Shown piece after piece: positions 16,384 to 27,450 of a DNA stretch of 33,060 bases. The notes below the pieces were generated by a model, which made no database searches, was not told the origin of the DNA, and saw nothing but the letters and a program-made list of their open reading frames with translations. The DNA lies in assembly GCF_003334315.1 (NCBI RefSeq), contig NZ_QOWR01000052.1. One strand, 5' to 3'. This DNA comes from Escherichia coli (GTDB taxonomy: Bacteria > Pseudomonadota > Gammaproteobacteria > Enterobacterales > Enterobacteriaceae). The translations under genes were made by a program, and so were the position numbers. Position 1 is the first letter of the stretch. Every line of letters begins with the position of its first letter.

Positions 16384-17811
16384 CTAGCGCGACTGCTGAT
16401 TATATTCATCATCGCGTTGATAAGCTTCATCATTCGGCTGCTCCGGAACCGACCGAAGTCGATACTCTTCATCCTGGCTCACCGCCTGTTCAGCCAAATC
16501 CGGATTAATCTCGCGTTTAATTTCTACTCCTAAACCGCGAAACGCTTCTGCCTGCGCCAGCACATTTCCGCGCCCTGAAGAGAGTTTTTTCATTGCCTGG
16601 CGATAGTTATCCTGCGCTTTGTCGAGACTTTGACCAATCGCTGACATGTCATCGACGAACAAACGCATCTTGTCGTACAGCTTGCTGGCACGATCGGCGA
16701 TTTGCTGGGCGTTGCGGCTTTGATGCTCATAACGCCACAGGTTGGCGATAGTGCGCAGCGCCACCAGCAGCGTAGTCGGGCTAACCAGCATGATGTTGTT
16801 TTTCAACGCTTCGGTGATCAGCTCCGGCTGGCGGTCAAGCGCCAGTAAAAAAGCGGGTTCAACGGGAATAAACATCAGCACGTAATCCAGAGTTCGCAGC
16901 CCCGGCAGCTGTTGATAATCTTTGCGTCCCAGCAAACGGATATGGTTACGCACCGACGCGATATGTTCCTGTAGCGCGCTTTCGCGGGTGTAGTCGTCTT
17001 CGGCGTTAAAATAGCGTTCATAGGCGACCAGCGTCATTTTGGCGTCGATCACCACATCTTTTCCCTGCGGCAGGCGCACGATGACATCCGGCTGCATCCG
17101 CGAGCGGGCGTCATTTTCGATGCTGACCTGGGTTTCATATTCATACCCTTCACGCAGACCGGAAGCCTCCAGCACCCGCGTCAATACTACCTCGCCCCAG
17201 TTGCCCTGGGTTTTATTGTCGCCTTTCAGCGCGCGCGTCAGGTTGATCGCTTCCTGGGCCATTTGCGCGTTGAGTTGCTGGAGATTGCGAATTTCGTGGG
17301 TCAGGGTATGGCGTTCTTGTGCTTCTTTACCGAAGCTGTCCTGAACCTGACGGCGGAAACCGTCCAGTTGTTCACGTAGCGGCGACAACAGGCTGTTCAG
17401 ACTCTGACGGTTTTGCTCATCAACCCGGCGATTGCTGTGCTCAAAAATACGGTTGGCGAGGTTTTCAAACTGCTCACTGAGGCGCTGCTCGCTGTTAATC
17501 ATCTGGCGAATTTTATCGTCAGCATGTTGCTGTGCGGCTTCCATCCGCGTGGTTACTTCACGCAGATCGGCCTCCAGAGAGGTGTTAATACTTTGCAGGC
17601 TGCGCACTTCGTTATTGAGTAACTCGCACTCTGCACGCCAGTGCTCGCTTTGGGTAATTTGTTGTTTTGCCGCGCTTAACTCCGCGACCATCTCTTCACG
17701 TTCAGCTAATTGCTCGGCTTTTTGCTGCGCATGTTGATAACTGGCAAACAGCCAGCCAATTGCCACACCCACCAACGCAATAACTGCGTAAACCATGATT
17801 GAGAAATCCAC
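16384..17811 (-). CDS. rmuC: DNA recombination protein RmuC (coiled-coil N-terminal region, RmuC-family C-terminal domain)
   Basis: 475-aa ORF MDFSIMVYAVIALVGVAIGWLFASYQHAQQKAEQLAEREEMVAEL...; N-terminal TM segment followed by a long heptad-rich region. Confidence 0.88.
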   Translation of the reverse strand: MDFSIMVYAVIALVGVAIGWLFASYQHAQQKAEQLAEREEMVAELSAAKQQITQSEHWRAECELLNNEVRSLQSINTSLEADLREVTTRMEAAQQHADDKIRQMINSEQRLSEQFENLANRIFEHSNRRVDEQNRQSLNSLLSPLREQLDGFRRQVQDSFGKEAQERHTLTHEIRNLQQLNAQMAQEAINLTRALKGDNKTQGNWGEVVLTRVLEASGLREGYEYETQVSIENDARSRMQPDVIVRLPQGKDVVIDAKMTLVAYERYFNAEDDYTRESALQEHIASVRNHIRLLGRKDYQQLPGLRTLDYVLMFIPVEPAFLLALDRQPELITEALKNNIMLVSPTTLLVALRTIANLWRYEHQSRNAQQIADRASKLYDKMRLFVDDMSAIGQSLDKAQDNYRQAMKKLSSGRGNVLAQAEAFRGLGVEIKREINPDLAEQAVSQDEEYRLRSVPEQPNDEAYQRDDEYNQQSR

Positions 17812-17899
17812 AACGCCTCCTGACGCAACAACTTACCCGCACAAAATAGAATTGTGCTGTACAAACGTCCAGTTGGAAAGGCATTTCCTGCGAGGCGCT

Positions 17900-17934
17900 A
17901 CGCAAAAATACAAAAGGCCGAACGCGTCGGCCTT
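17900..17934 (-). terminator. Rho-independent terminator of udp
   Basis: On the minus strand, stem AAGGCCGACGCGTTCGGCCTT followed by TTTTGTATTTTT, 18 nt downstream of the udp stop. Confidence 0.65.
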
Positions 17935-17951
17935 CAGACAGGAGAAGAGAA

Positions 17952-18713
17952 TTACAGCAGACGACGCGCCGCTTCCACCACGATTTTCACCGCTTGGCTT
18001 TCAGTTTGTTTCATCGTCTCAGCATTCGGGATCTCTTGCTGGGTGCGGTTAACGATAACACCCGCTACCATACCGGCACGCAGGCCCTGACTTGCACACA
18101 TGGTCAGCAGGGTTGCAGATTCCATTTCATAGTTCATTACGCCCATCGCCTGCCACTCTTCCATAGAACCTTTAAAGTGACGAACTACGCGACCAGAGTA
18201 AGTATCGTAACGTTCCTGACCTGGGTAGAAGGTATCAGAAGAAGCTGTCACGCCAACGTGAGTTGTCGCGCCAATGGATTTCGCAGCTTCAACCAGCGCA
18301 GTCGTACATTCGAAATCAGCGACAGCCGGGAATTCCAGCGGTGCGAAGTGCAGGCTCGCGCCATCCAGACGGACAGACGCCGTGGTAACCAGGACATCAC
18401 CCACATTAATATGCGGCTGAATAGCGCCCGTTGTACCGATACGCAGGAAGGTGCGAATGCCCAGCTGTGCCAGCTCTTCAACAGCAATAGAGGTAGACGG
18501 GCCGCCGATACCGGTAGAGCAGACGATAACAGGTTTACCATCCAGCTCTGCACGCCAGGTAGTGAATTCGCGGTGAGATGCCAGCTTAACCGGCTTATCC
18601 ATCAGCGCGGCGATCTTTTCCACACGATCCGGGTCGCCAGGGACGATGGCAAGCGTAGCCCCTTGTAAATCGTTTTTAGTGAGGCCGAGATGAAAAACAT
18701 CAGACTTGGACAT
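17952..18713 (-). CDS. udp: uridine phosphorylase Udp
   Basis: [42 protein letters not shown]... (253 aa from ATG 18713); PNP/UDP phosphorylase family. Confidence 0.93.
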   Translation of the reverse strand: MSKSDVFHLGLTKNDLQGATLAIVPGDPDRVEKIAALMDKPVKLASHREFTTWRAELDGKPVIVCSTGIGGPSTSIAVEELAQLGIRTFLRIGTTGAIQPHINVGDVLVTTASVRLDGASLHFAPLEFPAVADFECTTALVEAAKSIGATTHVGVTASSDTFYPGQERYDTYSGRVVRHFKGSMEEWQAMGVMNYEMESATLLTMCASQGLRAGMVAGVIVNRTQQEIPNAETMKQTESQAVKIVVEAARRLL

Positions 18714-18838
18714 ATACAACTCCTCTGTGAATCGGTTTAGTCAGAAGAAGCAAAAAGACACTTTACCGAAGGGTTTAACATTTTTTCGTGATACTCATCA
18801 CCATGACGCAAATGCGTTGCATAAATTTACCCACCAAA

Positions 18839-18854
18839 AGTGATGCAAATCACA
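18839..18854. promoter_or_regulatory. CRP-like binding site in the udp promoter region
   Basis: aGTGA-tgcaaa-TCACa matches the CRP core TGTGA-N6-TCACA, about 125 bp upstream of the udp start; udp is known to be CRP-activated and CytR-repressed. Exact site assignment not verified. Confidence 0.5.
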
Positions 18855-18974
18855 TAAATCACCCTTCATTCTGCAGGACTGCATAAAAGATGAGCCGATT
18901 CAGGCAATGTGATTTGTTGCATGCTGACTATAGTTAACATTGCGCAACATTTTTATAAGGGTACGGAGAATACC

Positions 18975-19790
18975 ATGGCAACAACACAACAATCTGGATT
19001 TGCACCTGCTGCATCGCCTCTCGCTTCGACCATCGTTCAGACCCCGGACGACGCGATTGTGGCGGGCTTCACCTCTATCCCTTCACAAGGGGATAACATG
19101 CCTGCTTACCATGCCAGACCAAAGCAAAGCGATGGCCCACTGCCAGTGGTCATTGTAGTGCAGGAAATTTTTGGCGTGCATGAACATATCCGCGACATTT
19201 GTCGCCGTCTGGCGCTGGAGGGGTATCTGGCTATCGCACCTGAACTTTACTTCCGCGAAGGCGATCCGAATGATTTTGCCGATATCCCCACGTTGCTTAG
19301 CGGTCTGGTAGCAAAAGTGCCTGACTCGCAGGTGCTGGCCGATCTCGATCATGTCGCCAGTTGGGCTTCCCGCAACGGCGGCGATGTTCATCGTTTAATG
19401 ATCACCGGATTCTGCTGGGGTGGACGTATCACCTGGCTGTATGCCGCGCATAATCCACAGCTAAAAGCCGCAGTGGCGTGGTACGGCAAACTGACGGGCG
19501 ACAAGTCGCTGAATTCACCGAAACAACCTGTTGATATCGCAACCGATCTTAACGCGCCGGTTCTCGGCTTATATGGCGGTCTGGATAACAGTATTCCGCA
19601 GGAGAGCGTTGAAACCATGCGCCAGGCGCTGCGGGCTGCTAATGCGAAAGCAGAGATTATCGTGTACCCGGATGCCGGGCATGCATTCAATGCTGATTAT
19701 CGCCCGAGCTATCATGCCGCATCTGCGAAAGATGGCTGGCAGCGTATGCTGGAATGGTTTAAGCAGTATGGTGGGAAGAAGTCGCTGTAA
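18975..19790 (+). CDS. ysgA: dienelactone hydrolase-family alpha/beta hydrolase YsgA
   Basis: [35 protein letters not shown]... (271 aa) with GGAG RBS upstream of ATG 18975; the six-frame track starts 22 codons upstream without an RBS. Contains a GFCWGG nucleophile-elbow-like motif. Confidence 0.8.
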   Translation: MATTQQSGFAPAASPLASTIVQTPDDAIVAGFTSIPSQGDNMPAYHARPKQSDGPLPVVIVVQEIFGVHEHIRDICRRLALEGYLAIAPELYFREGDPNDFADIPTLLSGLVAKVPDSQVLADLDHVASWASRNGGDVHRLMITGFCWGGRITWLYAAHNPQLKAAVAWYGKLTGDKSLNSPKQPVDIATDLNAPVLGLYGGLDNSIPQESVETMRQALRAANAKAEIIVYPDAGHAFNADYRPSYHAASAKDGWQRMLEWFKQYGGKKSL

Positions 19791-19800
19791 TGAGAAAAGA

Positions 19801-19832
19801 CCGGGTGGTATTACCACCCGGTTTGGATTTTA
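19801..19832. terminator. Bidirectional rho-independent terminator shared by convergent ysgA and metE
   Basis: Stem ACCGGGTGG / CCACCCGGT with loop TATT, followed by TTTGGATTTT on the plus strand and CTTTTCTCAT on the minus strand. Confidence 0.7.
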
Positions 19833-22091
19833 CCCCCGACGCAAATTCTGCGCCGCCTGCACCATGTTCGCCAGTGCCGCGCGGGTTTCTGGCCAGCCGC
19901 GCGTTTTCAGGCCACAGTCCGGGTTGACCCACAGGCGCTCTGCCGGAATGCGTTTTGCCGCTTTCTTCAGCAAGGCTTCAATCCATTCCACGCTCGGTAC
20001 GTTTGGCGAGTGAATGTCATAGACGCCAGGACCGATTTCATTTGGATAATCAAACTCTTCAAACGACTCCAGCAACTCCATGTCGGAACGCGAGGTTTCG
20101 ATGGTGATGACGTCTGCGTCCAGCGCCGCAATCGAATCCATGATGTCGTTGAACTCGCAATAACACATGTGAGTGTGGATTTGTGTGTCATCTTTCGCCA
20201 CGGCGGCGTTGATACGGAAGGCCTCTACGCCCCACTGGAGATACGCATCCCAGTCGCTACGACGCAGCGGTAAACCTTCGCGCAGCGCCGGTTCGTCAAT
20301 CTGGATGATGCCAATTCCAGCGGCTTCCAGATCGGCCACTTCATCACGCAGCGCCAGCGCAATCTGTTTGGCGATGGTTTCACGGCTGACATCTTCACGC
20401 GGGAACGACCAGCAGAGTATGGTCACCGGCCCCGTCAGCATCCCTTTCACCGGTTTGTCGGTCAGCGATTGCGCATACTTCGCCCACTCCACGGTAATCG
20501 GTGCCGGGCGGCTAATGTCACCAATGACAATCGGTGGCTTCACGCAGCGGGAACCGTAGCTCTGTACCCAACCGTTTTGCGTAAAGACAAATCCGTCGAG
20601 GTGCTCGCCAAAGTATTCCACCATGTCATTACGCTCGGCCTCGCCATGTACCAGCACATCCAGTCCCAAACGTTCCTGCTCAACAATGGCCTGCTTGATA
20701 TGTTCCGCAATGCCCGTGCGGTAGTTGTTGGCGTCGAGATTGCCCTTTTTGAAATCCAGACGCAGGGTACGAATTTCCGTGGTTTGCGGGAAGGAACCAA
20801 TCGTGGTGGTCGGCCACGCTGGCAGTTTAAAACGCGCACGCTGGGCTTCAGCACGCACTTCATAGACATTCGCACGCTGGCTGTCCTGGGCGGTGATCGC
20901 CGCCAGACGCTTTTCTACCGCCGGATTATGTACGCGGGTAGAGTGACGACGTGCCTGAATCGGGGCGCTCCACTCTGCCAGAGCTGCCGTGTCACCACTG
21001 TTCAGCGCATCGCGCAGCAGTGCCAGTTCATGGCATTTTTGTAGGGCGAAGGCAAACCAGCTTTTCACTTCTGCATCAAGACGCGTTTCCACGCTCAGGT
21101 CGATGGGGCTGTGCAGCAACGAGCAGGAAGATGCCACCCACAAATCACGTTTGCCGACAATGTCCTTAATTTGCGCATATTTCTCGGTAAGATCGGCGCG
21201 CCAGACGTTACGACCATTGATCAGACCCGCAGACAGCAACCAGTCAGAAGGCAGGCGCTTGTGCAGTTCAGCAACGTCATCTTTACCATGTACGAGGTCA
21301 ACATGCAGACCCTGAACAGGCAGCGCAGTAATCGTGTCGAGATTTGGCGTTACGCCTTCAAAATAGGTGGTCAGCAGCAGTTTCACCTGTCCCTGGAGCG
21401 CGTCGTAAGCGGGTTTGTATGCGTCCAGCCACGCCTGTGGTAGTTCCAGTACCAGCGCGGGTTCATCAATCTGTACCCACTCGATGCCGCGTTTCGCCAG
21501 TTCTGCCAGCACTTGCTGATAAACCGGCAGAATGTCGTTCAGCAGGCTCAGGCGGTCAAATTGTTCACCTTTCACTTTCCCCAGCCACAGCCAGGTAACC
21601 GGCCCCAGCAGCACAGGTTTCACCTTGTGGCCCAGCGCCAGCGCCTCGTCCACTTCGTCCAGCAGCTGCGTCCAGGTCAGTTTGAACTGTTGGCCTTTAA
21701 CGAACTCCGGCACCATGTAGTGATAGTTGGTGTTAAACCATTTGGTCATTTCCGCTGCCGCCGCAGGTTCGCCAGTCGGCGCACGTCCACGACCAATACG
21801 GAACAGGGTGTCGATATCTACCGAACCATCTTTGTTCTGATGACGCGCCGGAACGTTACCCAGCAGCAGACTGGTGGTCAGTACATGATCGTACCAGGCA
21901 AAATCGCCCACCGGCAGCAGGTCGATACCCGCTTGCTTTTGTTGATCCCAGTGACGAGCACGCAATTCACGCCCTACCGCCAGCAGTTCTTCACGCGTGG
22001 AGTTCCCCGCCCAATAACTTTCTTGCGCTTTTTTCAGCTCGCGACGCAGGCCAACGCGAGGGAAACCGAGGGTGTGATTCAATATTGTCAT
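19830..22091 (-). CDS. metE: cobalamin-independent methionine synthase MetE
   Basis: 753-aa [51 protein letters not shown]... Confidence 0.95.
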
Positions 22092-22327
22092 TTTTTCTTC
22101 CTCTAATTATATGTAAATCCTATGGATTTTGAATTTAGGGAAGGCGGCAAGTTTATTCATCCCCGGGAGCTTACTGAAGTAAGTGACCGGGGTGGAGAAA
22201 CGCAGCCAACGCACCATAAATTTAAAAGACGAAGGATTTTAGCCGTCCAGATGTTTACACATCCATAATTGGCGGTTACTGTATATTCCTCAAGCGCAAA
22301 TTATTCATGCCGAAGTGAAGGACTTTC
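22092..22327. promoter_or_regulatory. metE-metR divergent control region (promoters plus MetR/MetJ operator sites expected)
   Basis: 236-bp AT-rich intergenic region between divergent metE and metR; contains a TGAA-N5-TTCA motif (22316-22328) and AGACG-like met-box fragments (22226-22250). Individual sites were not resolved. Confidence 0.55.
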
Positions 22328-23281
22328 ATGATCGAAGTAAAACACCTGAAAACGCTACAAGCGTTGCGGAACTGCGGCTCGCTCGCAGCCGCTGCGGCGA
22401 CGTTGCATCAGACGCAATCCGCCCTGTCTCACCAGTTTAGCGATCTGGAACAACGCCTTGGCTTCCGGCTATTTGTGCGTAAGAGCCAGCCGCTACGCTT
22501 TACACCGCAGGGAGAAATCCTGTTGCAACTGGCAAACCAGGTACTGCCGCAAATTAGCCAGGCCCTGCAAGCCTGCAATGAACCGCAGCAGACGCGTCTG
22601 CGCATTGCCATTGAGTGCCATAGCTGTATTCAGTGGCTGACACCCGCGTTAGAAAATTTCCATAAGAACTGGCCGCAGGTAGAGATGGATTTTAAATCGG
22701 GCGTGACATTTGACCCGCAGCCCGCCTTGCAACAGGGAGAGCTGGATCTGGTAATGACGTCCGATATTCTGCCGCGCAGTGGCCTGCATTATTCGCCGAT
22801 GTTCGACTATGAAGTGCGTCTGGTGTTAGCACCTGACCATCCACTGGCGGCGAAAACGCGAATTACACCGGAAGATCTCGCCAGCGAGACGCTATTAATT
22901 TATCCGGTGCAGCGTAGTCGACTGGATGTCTGGCGGCATTTTCTTCAGCCGGCAGGCGTCAGCCCGTCACTGAAAAGCGTCGATAACACCTTATTGTTGA
23001 TTCAGATGGTTGCCGCGCGGATGGGTATTGCCGCGCTACCGCATTGGGTAGTAGAGAGTTTTGAGCGCCAGGGTCTGGTGGTGACCAAAACCCTGGGCGA
23101 AGGCTTGTGGAGCCGACTGTACGCCGCCGTGCGCGATGGCGAGCAGCGTCAGCCAGTTACGGAAGCGTTTATTCGCTCAGCGCGCAATCACGCCTGCGAT
23201 CATCTGCCGTTTGTGAAGAGCGCGGAGCGACCCACTTACGATGCACCCACAGTGAGGCCAGGATCACCAGCGCGCCTGTAA
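22328..23281 (+). CDS. metR: LysR-family transcriptional activator MetR
   Basis: 317-aa [57 protein letters not shown]... with N-terminal HTH. Confidence 0.93.
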
Positions 23282-24068
23282 TAAACGTTGGCCAGTGCGG
23301 CTGTTGGTGCCAGATAGCCAGGTTTACCAGCAGCCCTGCCGGAACGTGCATATTATTCATAATGCCCAGCGTTCCGGCGTCCACCTGCGTCGCGCCGTAG
23401 TTCCACATAAAGTAGCCAATCCCGGAAGCCACCACGCCAAGAAACACCAGAATGCCCCATTGCAGCGTGGTTTGCGGCATTTTCTGCGCATTTCCCAGCA
23501 AGAACCATGCAATCACTGCCACCAGAAACGCGCCAAGATAGAACCACGCAAAGGCGTTATGCTGTGGCATCGGGCGAGTTTCCATCAGGCGTTTGTAACC
23601 CACCATGCCAATGGCAAAAGTGATATTGGAGAGTTGCACCAGCAGCAAGCCAGTCCAGAAATGGTCGGTGACCTGATCATAGCGAATAATCCCGGCACCA
23701 ATCACCGCCAGCAAGGCGCTAAAGGCATAGCCCCAGCGCAGACGGCGCTTACTCATGATGTCATAAATCAGCGTGATGTAGAGCGGCGTCAGCACGGTGA
23801 ACAGCAGCAGCTCGGAAACCGTCAGGTAGAGATAAGCGCGGAAACTCAGCATATACATCACGCCAAGCTGCATCGCGCCCACCAGCATATACAGGCCGAC
23901 CGTTTTCAGGCTATTGCCACGGGTACGCAGAAACGGCAGAAAAACGAGTGCCGCCAGGCCAACGCGCACCAGCACCGCAAAATAGCTATCGACGTGCCCC
24001 GCAAGGTACTCGCCATAAAAGCTAAAGGAGAAGGCCCACAGAATCGTGGTGATGATAAGTAGCGCCAC
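23169..24068 (-). CDS. yigM: DMT/EamA-family inner membrane transporter YigM (biotin transporter BioP)
   Basis: 299-aa ten-[51 protein letters not shown]...; its 3' end overlaps the metR 3' end by 113 bp on the opposite strand. Confidence 0.85.
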
Positions 24069-24143
24069 AATGGAAAACTCTTTGATTAACGGGTATCCAT
24101 TGTAGCGAAGTATCAGGTTGACAACTGACCAAATAAAGAACGA

Positions 24144-24944
24144 TTACGATAAATAGAGTTTACGCAGATAATGCGGCACCGCGTCGTCGGCATTAGTACC
24201 AATCACTTCCAGCTCGGGATGAAGGTCTTTCAGACGCTGGTGCGCACTGCCCATAATGCAGCCTTTCCCCGCCATCGACAGCATTTCGGCGTCGTTCATC
24301 CCGTCACCAAACGCAATACAATCCTTCAGGCTGTAGCCCAGTTTCTTCGCCACCGCTTCCAGCGCATGGCCTTTTGAAACGCCGCCCGCCATCACTTCCA
24401 GACAGGTTAAGGTAGAGAAACTGACGTTGACGCGATCGCCCCAACGAGCGTTAATCGCCTGCTCCAGCGGCAGCAGTTGTTCATGGGAATCGCAGGTGAA
24501 GAACACTTTGCTGACGCCTTCCGGCTCCAGTAATCCAGGCTCATACAGCGCATATTGGAACACCGCTTCTTTAAAAAAGCGCATCTCTTCCGGGCGATGG
24601 CGATTCATAAACCATTCGTCGTCGCGATAAACGTTAGTAATGATGTCCGGATTGTCGTTGACTACGCCAAACAGATCGCTGGCAATGTCGCGATCCAGGT
24701 TATGAGCAAAAATCAGATTACCATCCAGATCGTGAACGCGCGCACCATTGGAGGTAATCATGTAAGACTTAATCTCCAGATTATCGCGAATTTGCCCCAC
24801 ATCAACGTGGTGACGACCGGTCGCAAACACAAAGTTGATGCCGCGCGCGGTGAGCAGCTTCAGAGTTTCTTTGGCGTAAGGGGATAACGTATGGTCGGGA
24901 GAAAGTAACGTGCCATCTAAATCAGACGCAACAACCTGGTACAT
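24144..24944 (-). CDS. yigL: HAD-family (Cof-type) sugar/pyridoxal phosphate phosphatase YigL
   Basis: ORF MYQVVASDLDGTLLSPDHTLSPYAKETLKLLTARGINFVFATGRHH... (266 aa from ATG 24944) with the DxDGT HAD motif; the six-frame track extends 42 codons upstream into pldB. Confidence 0.9.
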   Translation of the reverse strand: MYQVVASDLDGTLLSPDHTLSPYAKETLKLLTARGINFVFATGRHHVDVGQIRDNLEIKSYMITSNGARVHDLDGNLIFAHNLDRDIASDLFGVVNDNPDIITNVYRDDEWFMNRHRPEEMRFFKEAVFQYALYEPGLLEPEGVSKVFFTCDSHEQLLPLEQAINARWGDRVNVSFSTLTCLEVMAGGVSKGHALEAVAKKLGYSLKDCIAFGDGMNDAEMLSMAGKGCIMGSAHQRLKDLHPELEVIGTNADDAVPHYLRKLYLS

Positions 24945-24951
24945 AAGAAAT

Positions 24952-25974
24952 TTAAACCTCTGTAGAGCGGTTTCCGCTGGGTGAGTTATGCCTGTTGAAA
25001 AAATCAACGATGGCGTGGAGCGCGACTGAGCGCATTGCGTCCTTTTCAAAAAGGATCTCATGGTAAGCACCTTTAATTACCAACGGCCGTCCTCCTTCGA
25101 CAGGATGGCCCGCGGCGGTGCGGAGTTCACAAAAACGGTCATGCATGCGGTTATCCACCACGCGTTCCTCTTCAGCCTGCAAGAGAAGCGTTGGCGTGGC
25201 GTCATCACCCGCACCGGCTAACACCTGTTCGCCAGCCAGAATACTTTCGCGTACCCAATGGTAGGTCGGCCCACCGACGCGAATCGTTGGGTCATCAGCA
25301 TAGAAGCGTAAGTTACGTCGATATCGCTGTCTGCTGTGGGTCAGTACGTTGATAGCAAACGGCAACGCGCGCCAGCGCCCGGTGCCTATTGCATAGCCAT
25401 CACGGAAACGTGGATGCGCTTCGGCCCAGTTGAGGATCTGCCGTGCCATAAATGACGGCATACGAATCACGATCCCAAACATTGGCGCAGTTAGCGCAAT
25501 GGCGTCACATACACCTGGATGGCGTTGCAGAAATAATGTGGAGATCGCACCGCCCATCGAATGTGCCAGTATATAGCGTTTACGCCACGGACCGGGCTGA
25601 ACCTCCTGCTGCCAGAATGCCGCCAGATCATCAACATAATCATTAAAGCGATTAACATGCCCGAGATGCGGATCGGCTAACAGGCGACCGGAACGTCCCT
25701 GCCCGCGATGGTCGATGATTAAGACATCAAACCCCAAATGGAACAGGTCATAGGCCAGTTCCGCATATTTTACGTAGCTCTCAATACGCCCCGGGCAGAT
25801 GACTACCACCCGGTCATGGTGCTGTGCGCGAAAACGGACAAAGCGCACCGGAATGTCATCCACACCAGTAAACTCTGCTTCATCACGCTGACGCCAGAAA
25901 TCAGTCAGCGGTCCCATGGTAAAAGCAGCAAACGCGTTTTCTCTTGTTTCCCAGTCTTTTTGCTGCTGAAACAT
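24952..25974 (-). CDS. pldB: lysophospholipase L2 (PldB)
   Basis: 340-aa ORF MFQQQKDWETRENAFAAFTMGPLTDFWRQRDEAEF... with alpha/beta hydrolase GHSMGG motif; stop lies 7 nt before the yigL start. Confidence 0.92.
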   Translation of the reverse strand: MFQQQKDWETRENAFAAFTMGPLTDFWRQRDEAEFTGVDDIPVRFVRFRAQHHDRVVVICPGRIESYVKYAELAYDLFHLGFDVLIIDHRGQGRSGRLLADPHLGHVNRFNDYVDDLAAFWQQEVQPGPWRKRYILAHSMGGAISTLFLQRHPGVCDAIALTAPMFGIVIRMPSFMARQILNWAEAHPRFRDGYAIGTGRWRALPFAINVLTHSRQRYRRNLRFYADDPTIRVGGPTYHWVRESILAGEQVLAGAGDDATPTLLLQAEEERVVDNRMHDRFCELRTAAGHPVEGGRPLVIKGAYHEILFEKDAMRSVALHAIVDFFNRHNSPSGNRSTEV

Positions 25975-26084
25975 CGGGTAATCTGCCTCTTAAACCACGT
26001 AAAATCGTTTTTTTTAGCGTGCCTGACACAACGCTGCGACAGTAGCGTATTGTGGCACAAAAATAGACACACCGGGAGTTCATC

Positions 26085-26705
26085 ATGACCTTAGAATGGT
26101 GGTTTGCCTACCTGCTGACATCGATCATTTTAAGCCTGTCGCCAGGCTCTGGTGCAATCAACACTATGACCACCTCGCTCAACCACGGTTATCGCGGCGC
26201 GGTGGCGTCTATTGCTGGGCTTCAGACCGGACTGGCGATTCATATTGTGCTGGTTGGCGTGGGGTTGGGGACGCTATTTTCCCGCTCAGTGATTGCGTTT
26301 GAAGTGTTGAAGTGGGCAGGCGCGGCTTACTTGATTTGGCTGGGAATCCAGCAGTGGCGCGCCGCTGGTGCAATTGACCTTAAATCGCTGGCCTCTACTC
26401 AATCGCGTCGACATTTGTTCCAGCGCGCAGTTTTTGTGAATCTCACCAATCCCAAAAGTATTGTGTTTCTGGCGGCGCTATTTCCGCAATTCATCATGCC
26501 GCAACAGCCGCAACTGATGCAGTATATCGTGCTCGGCGTCACCACTATTGTGGTCGATATTATTGTGATGATCGGTTACGCCACCCTTGCTCAACGGATT
26601 GCTCTATGGATTAAAGGACCAAAGCAGATGAAGGCGCTGAATAAGATTTTCGGCTCGTTGTTTATGCTGGTGGGAGCGCTGTTAGCATCGGCGAGGCATG
26701 CGTGA
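26085..26705 (+). CDS. rhtB: homoserine/homoserine lactone efflux protein RhtB (LysE family)
   Basis: 206-aa [43 protein letters not shown]... Confidence 0.92.
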
Positions 26706-26713
26706 AAAATAAT

Positions 26714-26743
26714 GTCGGATGCGGCGTAAACGCCTTATCCGAC
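26714..26743. repeat. single REP element between convergent rhtB and rhtC
   Basis: GTCGGATGCGGCGTAAACGCCTTATCCGAC, an imperfect palindrome of the same family as the fadA-fre cluster. Confidence 0.75.
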
Positions 26744-26766
26744 TTACTCTGAAGACGCGTCTGGCA

Positions 26767-27387
26767 TCACCGCGAAATAATCAAATGAATGCCAAATCCG
26801 GCAAATAACGCCCCGGCAAAACCATCAATCCACTTCGCCAGACGTTGATAACCACGGCGCATTTGCGGCAGGGCAAACAGGCTGGCAACGACGGTAAACC
26901 ACGCCAGCGTTTCGACAATGATCAGCGCAAAAATGCCCCAGCGCGCGGTAGTGCCAACGTTATCACCGACAAACAATGAGAACACCGAGCCAAAGTAGAT
27001 AATCGCTTTCGGATTAGCGAGATTGGTCAGTAAACCTTTCAGGAAACTGCGCCCACTTTTCGCCAGCTCGACCTGTGGCGCAGGTGCAGAAACCGCCTCT
27101 TTTTTCAGTGCACCGCGTAGCATCTGGTAACCCATCCAGCAGAGATACAGGCCACCGCCCACCATAATCAGCGTATGCAGCCAGGCCATTTTTTCGATAA
27201 TCAAATGCAGGCCAAGCAGCGCAATCCCAGCCCAAACCATTACGCCGCAGGTAATGCCCAGCACGCCCATCATCGCTTCTTTACGGGAACGACTGACAGC
27301 GGTCTGAGAGACAAAAAAGAAATCGGGACCGGGGCTCATAAGCGCCACAATGTGCACCATGGCGACGGTGAGAAATAACATCAACAT
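26767..27387 (-). CDS. rhtC: threonine efflux protein RhtC (LysE family)
   Basis: 206-aa ORF MLMLFLTVAMVHIVALMSPGPDFFFVSQTAVSRSRKEAMMGVLGIT... Confidence 0.92.
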   Translation of the reverse strand: MLMLFLTVAMVHIVALMSPGPDFFFVSQTAVSRSRKEAMMGVLGITCGVMVWAGIALLGLHLIIEKMAWLHTLIMVGGGLYLCWMGYQMLRGALKKEAVSAPAPQVELAKSGRSFLKGLLTNLANPKAIIYFGSVFSLFVGDNVGTTARWGIFALIIVETLAWFTVVASLFALPQMRRGYQRLAKWIDGFAGALFAGFGIHLIISR

Positions 27388-27450
27388 ACATTTGACTCGC
27401 GGGGGAAACGTTTACGGAGTCTTCATACTGGCACTTTTTTATGCTGCTGA

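Noticed and set aside
24945-25070. N-terminal extension of yigL (308-aa six-frame ORF) overlapping the end of pldB
   Set aside because: The extension overlaps the pldB coding region in another frame; the ATG at 24944 (MYQVVASDLDGT) gives the conserved HAD N-terminus with the catalytic DxD motif near the start.
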